Assembly: GCA_963806535.1 (NCBI GenBank) | Contig: CAWDYC010000008.1 | Span: 32,001-96,000, forward strand | Length of the DNA stretch: 64,000 bases | Source of the DNA: Candidatus Bathyarchaeota archaeon | GTDB lineage: Archaea; Thermoproteota; Bathyarchaeia; Bathyarchaeales; Bathycorpusculaceae | Direction: 5' to 3' | Shown here: in pieces, positions 55,237 to 64,000 of the stretch | How the letters are laid out: every line of letters begins with the position of its first letter | Position numbering within the stretch: position 1 is the stretch's first letter | Made by a program: the position numbers and the translations under genes | The notes under the pieces: model-generated | What the model saw: the letters and a program-made list of their open reading frames with translations, nothing else | What the model was told of the DNA's origin: nothing | Database searches by the model: none

Positions 55237-55344
55237 ACCGAGTTTATCCATTTTTTACGAGAATGACTTAGTTGCTCGTTGAAAAAATGAATTTTGGCAA
55301 GAACCTTCTGCCTTTTTTCTCTATTTTAAAAAGCCCAAAAAAAA

Positions 55345-56340
55345 CTAATTCGTTTTCTGGTATTTCCTTAGTGTTTGGATGGCTTTTTGTGCCCATTCAT
55401 TATCTCTCCAAAAAGCTCGACCTACCGCCACCAAATCCACTTTGCCCTCACTTACCAATTTATCTGCAAAAATAGCGTCGGTAATTCCGCCCACTCCAAT
55501 GATGGGAACGCTAACTGCCTTCTTGATTTCACTTGCCTGAGGAACAAAATAGCCCTTTACATGCTTTAACTGCTTTGGTTCGCTTCCACACATCCCGCCA
55601 GACACATCTATGATATCAACACCTGACGTCTCAAGCTTCTTGGCAAACACAACAGAATCCTCGATACGCGTTCCGCCTGGAGCTAAATCATCTGAACCTA
55701 ACCTGTAGAGCAAAAGCTTGCCATTGAGTTTCTTAAGTACTTTTTCAACAACCAACAGGGGAAATTTCATTCGCTTCTCCAGAGAGCCACCGTACTCATC
55801 ATCACGCTTGTTTAGCAATGGCGAAAAGAACTGATTAAGCAGGTATCCGTGTGCTCCATGAAGCTCAACCCCGTCCAAACCAGCCTTAACCGCGCGTTCA
55901 GCAGCCAAAGCGAAATCCTCGGCAATCGATTCGATCTCGCTAACTTCCAGCATCCGTGTTTTTGGTCTTGCCGAGGGTCCTGCTGGTTCGGTGCCGATGA
56001 CTTTTTTGTTTGTAACTCCGCCGGCATGCGATATTTGAACAACTGCAGGAACGCCAACCTCATGCAAACCCTTCGCAAGCTTCTCAAAACCGCCAATTAG
56101 CGAGTCAGCATAAATTCCTAGTTGTTTTGGCCCTATTTTTCCAGTCGGTGAAACGTACGCGTGCTCAACAATAGGCAAACCCAACGCTGAGGAACGGCGC
56201 ACATAAAAATTAATGAGTCTGTTGGTTACGACGCCTTCAAAACTAGCTCTTCCCGATTGCATCGGCGGCATAACAATTCGATTTCTAAGAGTATAACCCT
56301 TCACCTTCAAAGGCTCAATTAATCTAGGCAAACACGACAC
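55345..56340 (-). CDS. NADH:flavin oxidoreductase (Old Yellow Enzyme family)
   Basis: NRIVMPPM, ELHGAHGYLL.QF.SP..NKR.DEYGG. Confidence 0.92.
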   Translation of the reverse strand: MSCLPRLIEPLKVKGYTLRNRIVMPPMQSGRASFEGVVTNRLINFYVRRSSALGLPIVEHAYVSPTGKIGPKQLGIYADSLIGGFEKLAKGLHEVGVPAVVQISHAGGVTNKKVIGTEPAGPSARPKTRMLEVSEIESIAEDFALAAERAVKAGLDGVELHGAHGYLLNQFFSPLLNKRDDEYGGSLEKRMKFPLLVVEKVLKKLNGKLLLYRLGSDDLAPGGTRIEDSVVFAKKLETSGVDIIDVSGGMCGSEPKQLKHVKGYFVPQASEIKKAVSVPIIGVGGITDAIFADKLVSEGKVDLVAVGRAFWRDNEWAQKAIQTLRKYQKTN

Positions 56341-56455
56341 CGTTTCTATGAATGGAAACCAAAGCGCTATAATAACATATCAAAATTGAGGGTTGAAATC
56401 GAGGTTGTGTGAGAGTATTTTTAAAGTTGGATGATGAATTAAGGAAGACCAAATT

Positions 56456-57145
56456 ATGGATAAACCTGTTAGCAACATAAGAATTCAAGCACTTGTTGGA
56501 TTAGCAGCTCTTGCTGTTGTCCTGTGGCTTGCGCTTTTTTTGCCAGCTGGTTCATTGAATTATTGGCAGGGATGGGCCTACTGGTTTGTCTTTGTAATAT
56601 GTGTGTCATCAATCAGCATTTACTTTCTGAAAAAAGATCTCAATCTTATAGCAAGTAGGCTGAAAACTGGTCCTTCCGCAGAAAAAGAGAATAGCCAAAA
56701 ACTCGCAAATTCGCTCATAACTATTTTTTTCATTTTGTTAATTCTCATTCCGCCATTTGATCATCGCTACCAATTATCCAATGTTCCAGCGTATGTTGCT
56801 TTGGCATCGTATGTTTTTGTTGCAATTGGACTTTTTATAATTTTTCTAGTCTTTAAAGAAAATAGTTTTACATCTGCAGTCATTGAAGTTAACCAAGGGC
56901 AAAAAGTAATATCGACAGGACCATATGGCGTAGTTCGCCACCCTATGTACGCAGGAGCATTGCTCATGTTGCTATTCACTCCCCTTGCACTGGGATCATT
57001 TTGGGGACTGCTTGCCTTTATTCCCATGTTTTTGGTGATTGCTTTGAGAATTGTTGAAGAGGAAAAGTTCTTGGCGAAAAATTTGTCTGGGTACGCTGAA
57101 TATTGCAAGGAAGTTCGTTGCCGTTTAATTCCCTTTGTCTGGTGA
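56456..57145 (+). CDS. isoprenylcysteine carboxyl methyltransferase/PEMT family membrane protein
   Basis: VISTGPY..VRHPMY, EEK.L....Y..Y...V..RLIP. Confidence 0.88.
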   Translation: MDKPVSNIRIQALVGLAALAVVLWLALFLPAGSLNYWQGWAYWFVFVICVSSISIYFLKKDLNLIASRLKTGPSAEKENSQKLANSLITIFFILLILIPPFDHRYQLSNVPAYVALASYVFVAIGLFIIFLVFKENSFTSAVIEVNQGQKVISTGPYGVVRHPMYAGALLMLLFTPLALGSFWGLLAFIPMFLVIALRIVEEEKFLAKNLSGYAEYCKEVRCRLIPFVW

Positions 57146-57203
57146 ATATTATTTAGACTACAACAATTCACGTGAAGCTCCTAAACTTCTAGCATTGATA
57201 TGT

Positions 57204-58330
57204 TCACAAGACGTTTTTCAATAATGGTATTCTGCGGAAAACGAAGTATGGAACGCAAATCACGCAGAGGAGCAACCATTTTGCAATGGGGTACAATGCA
57301 ACCGGACTAAGCAACAGAGTGACTGGGATGATGATCATGGGATGAAACATATAGACGGCAAACGAGTTATCTGCCAGCGTTTTTACCAACTTGCTTTGGT
57401 GGTTAAACTTTTCCTTGAAGAAAGCGATCAGCCCGATGCCCATGGCAACCGCTATAAAGGATTCCCATAGCGAAAATGCCGCGCTTTGCCAAGTTAGGCC
57501 GCCCTCAAGGGCAACCGTTGTTCCGTTTGCAGTAGCAACTGCCACCAGCAAAAACCAAGCGAGGAAGCCCAAGACAACAGCTGTAATTAGCCATCTTTTT
57601 CCGGTTCGATAGGTAATTCTGGCAAACAGGTTGTTTCGATAAGCTATAATGCCCAGGATGAAAAGGACAACGTATGAAGCGAAATAGCAGAGCTGGAAGT
57701 TCAGGATGTCAGTCCCAATCGGTTGAACGATTCTGATCAAGAAGGCAAAGATGGAAATAATCAGTATAAGTCCGACTATCACGCCTATCGTTGGATTTAG
57801 CTGTTTCCTGTCAGAGTCAGGTGCGGACCTGCGAGATGAAAGACGCATCAACCCGTAGATAAGGGAAAAAGCCAAAAAGCGCCGCTGCAAACCACATCGG
57901 TCCAGTACCTGAAAGAAAGCCGATTAGGTTAAAGCCGGTTGATTTGTTGCCGAGTTCGACGATTTCGATGAATGGGGTTATTGCTATCATAAAGATCAAA
58001 GTGGGGATGACTAGGCGTTTGAATCTGTCTCCGACAAACCTGCCAAAACCTTTTCGATCATAGCTTCCTGCAACAAAATATCCGGAGATCAAAAAGAGGA
58101 GCCCTAAGAAATATCCTTGTGTAAAAGATTGGTAAAATGCGAACACAACGGTGGATAAAGTATCGAGATGCGTGCCTTCAATGTAAGTACCAGCTTCCAA
58201 AGCCGCTGTACGTTACAGCCAGATGAATCGTGATAACAAGTATGATTACCAGCAGTCGAAGATTATCGATGTAAAGCAGCCTTTCCTTAACATTCCCAGG
58301 TTCATTTTCGACTAAGTTGGCTGCCAAGTT
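57204..58330 (-). CDS. acyltransferase-3 family membrane protein, frameshifted
   Basis: RL.YIDNLR...H, LFLISGYF, RFKRL.IP, WF, SFAVYMFH. Confidence 0.82.
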
Positions 58331-58337
58331 ACGACCT

Positions 58338-59069
58338 TCATTTCCACTTCGTCAATATCTCTTCTCTTCTGAAAGTGGCTCTACTTAAGAAATTTAGAGC
58401 TATGTCCACGATTACTAAAATGCCAGCAAAAATCAGAAGATTATTAATACTGAACGAAAAAAGCCCTTCCGCGCCTGCAAAGAAGACTGCAACAAACGGG
58501 ATAAACATGAGACCAGCAATCTGGTTTGCACCTCGAACGTCGCTTACCCTGGAAGATGCAATAACTGCTACTTCAATACTAAGAATTCCTGCGAGAGGAG
58601 CGAGGAGTAACAGCATAACTCCGGCGTTCCAGTTGGGAAAATAATAGTAGCCTAATCCACCTTTGTAGAGTATGTAGTCCGATGCTGCCATGAAGACCGA
58701 TGCTCCTGTCCACGCAGATATGATAGGCGGTATGAATGCTGCAATACTTTTCCCGAGTAGAATCTCTCCATCAGTTGTTGGCGTCGCCAGCAAAGGTTCT
58801 AACGTATTCTCAACTTTTTCACCCACAATACTGTAGGCAGCAATCGTGCTGGGAAGAACAGTTGCTAAAACAACGAAAATGTAAATAATTGATTCAGCAC
58901 CAAGAGATATCGTCGTTGGGATTCCGTTCGCTATTTGATTCTTGACAACGAATGAGAAAACCACTGCAATGAGAAGGGGAAGGCCAACAGTATAGAATAT
59001 GATACTTCTTTTTCTGCTGATTACCTTCAACTCTTTGCGTGCTATCTTCCACGGTATCCAGGTTGTCAT
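58338..59069 (-). CDS. ABC-2 type permease
   Basis: SIVGEK...TLEPLLATP....ILLGK; F.REEILTKWK. Confidence 0.88.
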   Translation of the reverse strand: MTTWIPWKIARKELKVISRKRSIIFYTVGLPLLIAVVFSFVVKNQIANGIPTTISLGAESIIYIFVVLATVLPSTIAAYSIVGEKVENTLEPLLATPTTDGEILLGKSIAAFIPPIISAWTGASVFMAASDYILYKGGLGYYYFPNWNAGVMLLLLAPLAGILSIEVAVIASSRVSDVRGANQIAGLMFIPFVAVFFAGAEGLFSFSINNLLIFAGILVIVDIALNFLSRATFRREEILTKWK

Positions 59070-59989
59070 TGTATGTTCTCCTTCACGAGTTTCAGGTAAG
59101 CGTCTTCTAGCGAGCTGCTAGTAACCGTAACTGTTTCAATGCGTGCTCCCGCTGCAACGATTGCGTTTATCATGTCAGGATTCTCCTCCTCCGGATTCAC
59201 TACGTCGACTGTAAGTTTGTTACCTTCCTTGACCAAGTTTTTGACCTGCAATCTTTTTAGCGAATCCAAGATTGCTTCGTTCACCTGTCTCAGTTGGATC
59301 GCGGTCTTCCTTCCATGAATCGACCTTTCAAGTTCCTCAGGGGTACCTACCGCCATCAACCTGGTATTCAATATGCCAATTCTATCGCAGATCCTCTGCG
59401 CCTCATCTAGGTTGTGCGTATTGATAAAAATGGTCTTTTTCTCCTTCTTCAAATCGAGGATGAATTCCCTCACTGCTTTTGCAGCCTCAGGATCCAGGTT
59501 CGCAGTCGGCTCATCCATAAAAAGTATCTCCGGGTCGTGTACGAGAGCTCGTGCTATGGCAAGCTTCTGCTTCATTCCCTTCGAGAACGTCCCTGCCAAA
59601 GCATTTCTCTTCTCCCAGAGTCCGAGTAACTTGAGGAAGTACTGGTTGCTCTCTTTCCGCTGGGAGTCAGTGCGCCTATACAGCGTCCCATAGTAGTCCA
59701 GATTTTCATATGCTGTGAGAGACTCGTAGAGACCTACGTTGTCGGGTACGAGCCCGATGATCTTCCTGATCTTAAGAGCATCTTCTTGATTGCCAAGTTC
59801 ATAAGTTCCAATCTTAGCTTTGCCGCTTGTCTTGGATATCAAGCAACAGAGCATCCTAACTGTAGTGGTTTTTCCTGCCCCGTTAGGACCTAGAAATCCG
59901 AAGACTTCGCCCTTATCTACGCGAAGGGTTAGGTTGTCGACCGCGGTGAAGTCACCGAATTTTCTTGTTAAGTTTTCAATTTCAATCAA
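59066..59989 (-). CDS. ABC transporter ATP-binding protein
   Basis: GPNGAGKTT, FSKGMKQK, DEPTANLD. Confidence 0.93.
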   Translation of the reverse strand: MIEIENLTRKFGDFTAVDNLTLRVDKGEVFGFLGPNGAGKTTTVRMLCCLISKTSGKAKIGTYELGNQEDALKIRKIIGLVPDNVGLYESLTAYENLDYYGTLYRRTDSQRKESNQYFLKLLGLWEKRNALAGTFSKGMKQKLAIARALVHDPEILFMDEPTANLDPEAAKAVREFILDLKKEKKTIFINTHNLDEAQRICDRIGILNTRLMAVGTPEELERSIHGRKTAIQLRQVNEAILDSLKRLQVKNLVKEGNKLTVDVVNPEEENPDMINAIVAAGARIETVTVTSSSLEDAYLKLVKENIQ

Positions 59990-60107
59990 TTTGACATCAT
60001 TATCACAGGTTGCTTCTTGAAGATCTGATTACATCTGAGAATAGGTTTGATATTTAAGCCTTGATTCGAAAAGAATTTTGGGCTTAAAGAGATAAGAATA
60101 ATAGGAA

Positions 60108-60185
60108 TGGCGCCCAGGCCGGGATTTGGACCCGGGTCCTTCGGGCGACAGCCGAATATACTGGACCGAACTATACTACCTGGGC
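60108..60185 (-). tRNA. tRNA-Asp (GTC), CCA encoded
   Basis: GCCCAGG/CCTGGGC acceptor, TTCGG-CTGTCGC-CCGAA anticodon arm, discriminator G; T-loop reads TCCAAAT. Confidence 0.92.
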
Positions 60186-60260
60186 ATAAGCGCCGCAACA
60201 ATACACGATAATTCAACTAATTAATGTTTCTCGGAAAAACTGTTTGCATCAAACCTAATG

Positions 60261-61247
60261 CTACTTCATTTTGGGTTTAGTTGGTTTCTTTGTTTTGCGT
60301 GAATAAAGAGTTTCATTCATCCACTTTACTTGATTTTCACTTAGTTGGGCTCCCCAAGTTTTAGGTCCAATAGTTGCGTTTACCAACATTTCGTAGAATC
60401 TTTTTCTTTCCAGCAAATAGGTTTTCTCTATTCTGTATGCAAAGTGATGATCTCCTTCATCTGTTTCCACGATACCTTTGTCAAATATTCGAACTAAATC
60501 AACCTCCACTTTACCCCGTTTCTTCTTTAGGTTAGCAAGAAACGCCAAATCCCCGAGTTTAATATTTTTAAAACAAGTGGGACCAATATCTGCAACAACC
60601 GACAAATCGCTTGCCCAGTTTGCTTCTTTCTTAATCTTGCGCTCAACATTTTTTGACAATACATCGGGAATAGTAAAGTACCATCGACTAACATAATCGT
60701 CTGTCCAATTCTTGATCTGAGTATGCGGCTTAGTTTTCTTTGAATCACCGATGTTTCCGTTCTTTTCCATGTTCCACATTTTCTTGAGTTTTTGAAGCTC
60801 TCTTACTGTTTTTGCATTTTCCCATAAACTGCTGAAGAAACTCTTGACTTCACCAACTTCTGAGCCATCAAGGAGCACTCCTGTTTCGACAGAGCTTTCA
60901 AAGGCAGGTTTTGTCAGATTTGCCGATGTAATCAACGCTGAGTTGTCAAAAATGTAAATGTTAGAATTAAAATTGTCATGAGACTTTACGTTATCACCAT
61001 TAAAATGCTCCATGAAATACTGAATTTCATAGGGATTAACGTCACCGCTTTTGATAGCAAAGTCAGTGACTTTAAAAACAAAACGGATGTCCGCAGGTGG
61101 ATTCTTCAATATCTCTTGAGAAAAGACTTCATGTGCATCCGACTCCCAGATTTGGTGAGCATACCCACAAAATGTCTTTTGTTTCTAAAGATTTTTGCTG
61201 AATCGTTTCGTAAAGTTCGTTGCAGGAGAGAAATTTGACCATAGCAT
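60261..61247 (-). CDS. PLD-nuclease-fold protein with degenerate HxK motif and a C-terminal accessory domain; N-terminal frameshift
   Basis: WVCSP, F(NSN)IYIFD..ALITSANLT..AF...VETG, F..LW. Confidence 0.7.
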
Positions 61248-61334
61248 AAAGTATGTTTGTTTATATAAAACATTTTTCTTGCAGAATTTCACCGTGGCAA
61301 GTTTTAAATATAAAAGCAAACGGAAATAGAAGCC

Positions 61335-61758
61335 ATGACAACTAAATCAGCCAGTTTGGGGATTAATTCATAAAATCCTTATGATTCTTCGTATTCATAA
61401 ATATCATCGGCGATGTAGCCAATGTTGTCACATAGTGGACAGTTCCTTCCAAACCTGGCTTATCATTGATATAACAGCTATATCGGAAACGCCATAGGCA
61501 ACAATTCCATAACTCTTATCGTCGGCAGCATTATTCTGTTAGCTGTTGCAGCAGTCTATGTTGTTTCGCTGTTTGGATTATTTAGAAAACAGTTGTGGGC
61601 GCCACTTCTAGTTGTCGCTATCTCAATTGTCAACCGAGCAATTCACAGTACCGCTATACATGATAAATGCAGCATTAGGATTCTTCAGCGTTTGGACAGT
61701 AATTCTTGTAATAACCGCTTATCTTGATTCGCGCAAAATCAAAAAACAGCAGTCTAAC
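61335..61758 (+). CDS. membrane protein, frameshifted
   Basis: Several hydrophobic segments across shifted frames. Confidence 0.45.
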
Positions 61759-62256
61759 TCAGTTCTTATGCTTGACTTTTTGGGCTCTGATGCTTTTTCC
61801 CTGACATGTAGTCGATATCGATTCTGCCCATCGTTGTGCTTCTCAAGTTTCTCAGGCTTAATCTTCGCGAGTTTGGCTTCAGGGTTAAGGGAAACCTGCC
61901 GCACCAGAACCTCCATCGCATGCTGCTTCTCAACTTAAATCTTCAATTAACGACATTTTGCCGCTGAAATGAACTGAAGTGTAAGCATAATCGCATTCCT
62001 CAGTAACGCCAAAATCCAGCAGCGCCTGCCCCCACACCCTGCTGTTAGCTTTTAAGAACTCCAGTTTCTTGCCTTCAGGTGCACAATGAAAGTACAAGCA
62101 GTTTTTGTCTTCGTCATAGCCATGGCTTAAGGAGACAAGATATGGTTCATTCTCCATGCAGAGAGCAACAGTAACATACTTGGTACTTTTTAGAACTTGC
62201 CTCAACTCTTCGCAGTCAGTTATTTCTCGGTCTTTGCGTCTAACATGAAAAGACAT
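61719..62256 (-). CDS. pyridoxamine 5'-phosphate oxidase-like/NimA family protein, frameshifted
   Basis: RRKDREI, PYLV.L..GY, LYFHCA.EG.K, Y.SV. Confidence 0.85.
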
Positions 62257-62433
62257 ACTTCACCGTAAAGTAGAAATGCAATATTAACTTTTAGAGCTGA
62301 AAAATAGAGCGACAAAACAAACTGAAAACAAAAGTAAGCACTCGCATTTACAGAAGAATTAATAAGTCTTACATCTACACAGTTAAAAAAATGCTAATGA
62401 AATAGATTAATTATATCTCAAGAGGAAAAGGAT

Positions 62434-63084
62434 TTGAAAAACTACTTCAAAATAGCCATTAAATGGCTTTTCTTTATTCCGGAATGGCTCGATTATAAGG
62501 AAGCAATTAAAAAACGTAGTTTCCTACTCACTGAAAATCCAAAATATCGTAATTATTCAATTGGCAGATACTCCTATTGTTGGGGAAAATTAACATTGCA
62601 TAAATCGACAGATATGGCAACTTTAAGAATTGGTAGTTTTTGTTCAATAGCAATGAACGTTACCATTTTTCTTGACAGCAGACATCGAGTTGATTGGGTA
62701 ACTACTTATCCTTTCAGTGATCATTTCACCGAATTTAAGAATTTCACAGGAAATCTAAACTCAAAAGGCGATGTTGTCATAGGTAATGACGTTTGGATTG
62801 GTTGGGGAGTAACTATTATGTCGGGAGTTAGAATCGGTGATGGAGCGATTATCGGTGCTTCCAGTGTTGTCACCAAAGATGTAGAACCCTATGCGATAGT
62901 TGCTGGTAATCCAGCCCAATTAATTAGAAAGAGATTTGACCAAGAAACAATTGACCGTTTGCTTAAAATCAAGTGGTGGGATTGGAAAACAACACGCATC
63001 AGAGAAAATATGCCTCTACTTTTATCAGGCAATGTTAAAGAATTTGTTGACAAAAACTTCAATGAGAAAATGCAAGAACACTAA
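62434..63084 (+). CDS. CatB/Vat-like hexapeptide-repeat acetyltransferase
   Basis: IGSFCSIA, TTYPF, IGNDVWIG, GNPA..IRKRF, KWWDW. Confidence 0.88.
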   Translation: MKNYFKIAIKWLFFIPEWLDYKEAIKKRSFLLTENPKYRNYSIGRYSYCWGKLTLHKSTDMATLRIGSFCSIAMNVTIFLDSRHRVDWVTTYPFSDHFTEFKNFTGNLNSKGDVVIGNDVWIGWGVTIMSGVRIGDGAIIGASSVVTKDVEPYAIVAGNPAQLIRKRFDQETIDRLLKIKWWDWKTTRIRENMPLLLSGNVKEFVDKNFNEKMQEH

Positions 63085-63328
63085 GAAGCTGTTACGCAAA
63101 GCCAACACCGTAAACTTAATACTTGTATCACTTTCTGTTCTTGCGACTTTTCAAGGGAAAATGCCTCCTTGATAGCAACTTTTTTATTTGTGTCTCCCAA
63201 CGACATGGTAACTTAAGAGACCACTGAGGACTTCACAGTTTTTTACCTATAATAAAAAAAAGTGGAAAGTGCCTATCTGAAACACTAAGATCAGTAACAA
63301 TGATTAGTCCCAATAGAAAAAGTGATCG

Positions 63329-64000
63329 ATGTTGGAAAAGCCACAACCATTCAAGAAATGGGTATCAATAGTAGCAGTAATTGGATTTGTTGTTTTCTTA
63401 GTCTATCTTTTCTTCTTCACTGACTTTACAGAAGTGGAATTGGTAATTGGCGGAGCCAGCATCCCCATTTATGCTTTAGCTTTTCTTGCAGTGATAGGCA
63501 GCGTAGTCTTTGATGCTCTGTCTTGGAGAGCTATTCTGGGGTCTTTGGGAGAAAGATTAGGTTTCTGGAGAATGTTTGAACTTACATGGATCGGTCAGTT
63601 TGTAGACACTCTTGTTCCTGGTGGATGGGTCGGAGATTTATTCAAGACTTATCTCCTATACAAGGAAGATGGAGTCCATGGAGCCAAAGCAACTGCGGCA
63701 ATCGTAATAAAAGATGTATTGGAGTTATTCTTCAGTTTGGGGTCTGTCATAATTGGATTAGTTCTTTTGCTGTCCTTCTACTCCATTAGTGGAGTATTAA
63801 TGACAGCTATAACAATAACTTTTCTTTTCCTGTCCTTGCCTCTTATCTTGGTCATTTATTTAGCCATGAATATGAAAGCCACAACGAAACTGATGAATGG
63901 AGTCTATAAGATAGTCTGCAAGATAAAAGGAGAACAAACTGGAAAGTCTCTACAAGAGAAGCTAAAAGGACAGATACAAGAGTTTCACGATGGCATTGTC
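63329..64000 (+). CDS. UPF0104/LPG-synthase-like flippase membrane protein, truncated by the window edge
   Basis: Manual reading MLEKPQPFKKWVSIVAVIGF...W.GQFVD.LVP.G..GD..K.YLL; open to the end of the window. Confidence 0.75.
   Translation, partial: MLEKPQPFKKWVSIVAVIGFVVFLVYLFFFTDFTEVELVIGGASIPIYALAFLAVIGSVVFDALSWRAILGSLGERLGFWRMFELTWIGQFVDTLVPGGWVGDLFKTYLLYKEDGVHGAKATAAIVIKDVLELFFSLGSVIIGLVLLLSFYSISGVLMTAITITFLFLSLPLILVIYLAMNMKATTKLMNGVYKIVCKIKGEQTGKSLQEKLKGQIQEFHDGIV

Noticed and set aside
57204-60107. Genomic island downstream of tRNA-Asp (genes look somewhat more GC-rich)
   Set aside because: No integrase and no convincing duplicate of the tRNA 3' end; the nearest look-alike (TGGCGCCCCAGG near 52004) is imperfect and lies inside a CDS.
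446-60748. Many antisense or overlapping ORFs in the six-frame track (e.g. 446-832, 1040-1471, 37120-37743, 59986-60216)
   Set aside because: Shadows of well-supported genes or tRNAs, with no motifs of their own.
1006-62256. Programmed frameshifting or stop-codon reassignment as the cause of split genes
   Set aside because: Breaks occur at unrelated positions with no shared slippery motif, and intact genes end with all three stop codons.
62434-63084. Bona fide antibiotic-resistance gene (catB/vat)
   Set aside because: The hexapeptide acetyltransferase family is broad, and its position next to a flippase-like gene fits sugar acetylation equally well.

Overview
Archaeal chromosomal segment, probably Bathyarchaeia or another TACK lineage. 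This is inferred from TFB, PolB2, the archaeal CCA-adding enzyme, thpR, Nre, a non-catalytic EndA subunit and BRE/TATA-type promoters. It is mostly housekeeping, transport and repair genes plus many small lineage-type ORFs. More than 20 genes, including essential cca, are split by single-base indels, which points to uncorrected assembly errors rather than true pseudogenes. RNA genes are two divergent tRNA-Gly(GCC), a 5'-half tRNA-Gly fragment and tRNA-Asp(GTC). The most striking unexplained signal is an intergenic repeat family in which a conserved 55-85 bp T-rich core ending in CAGGTTGCG is followed by an exactly 10-bp-periodic tract whose unit differs in every copy (4 tandem copies at 49.2-49.75 kb, one inverted copy at 41.3 kb). 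Also notable: a 1.3-kb integrase-less element at the 3' end of tRNA-Gly with two divergent Cys-rich ORFs and four 14-bp palindromic sites; conserved long leaders on both tRNA-Gly genes; a mirror-symmetric quartet of small genes at 2.1-3.4 kb; and a PLD-fold protein with a degenerate active site. Family names come from motif recognition by eye; no database search was run.
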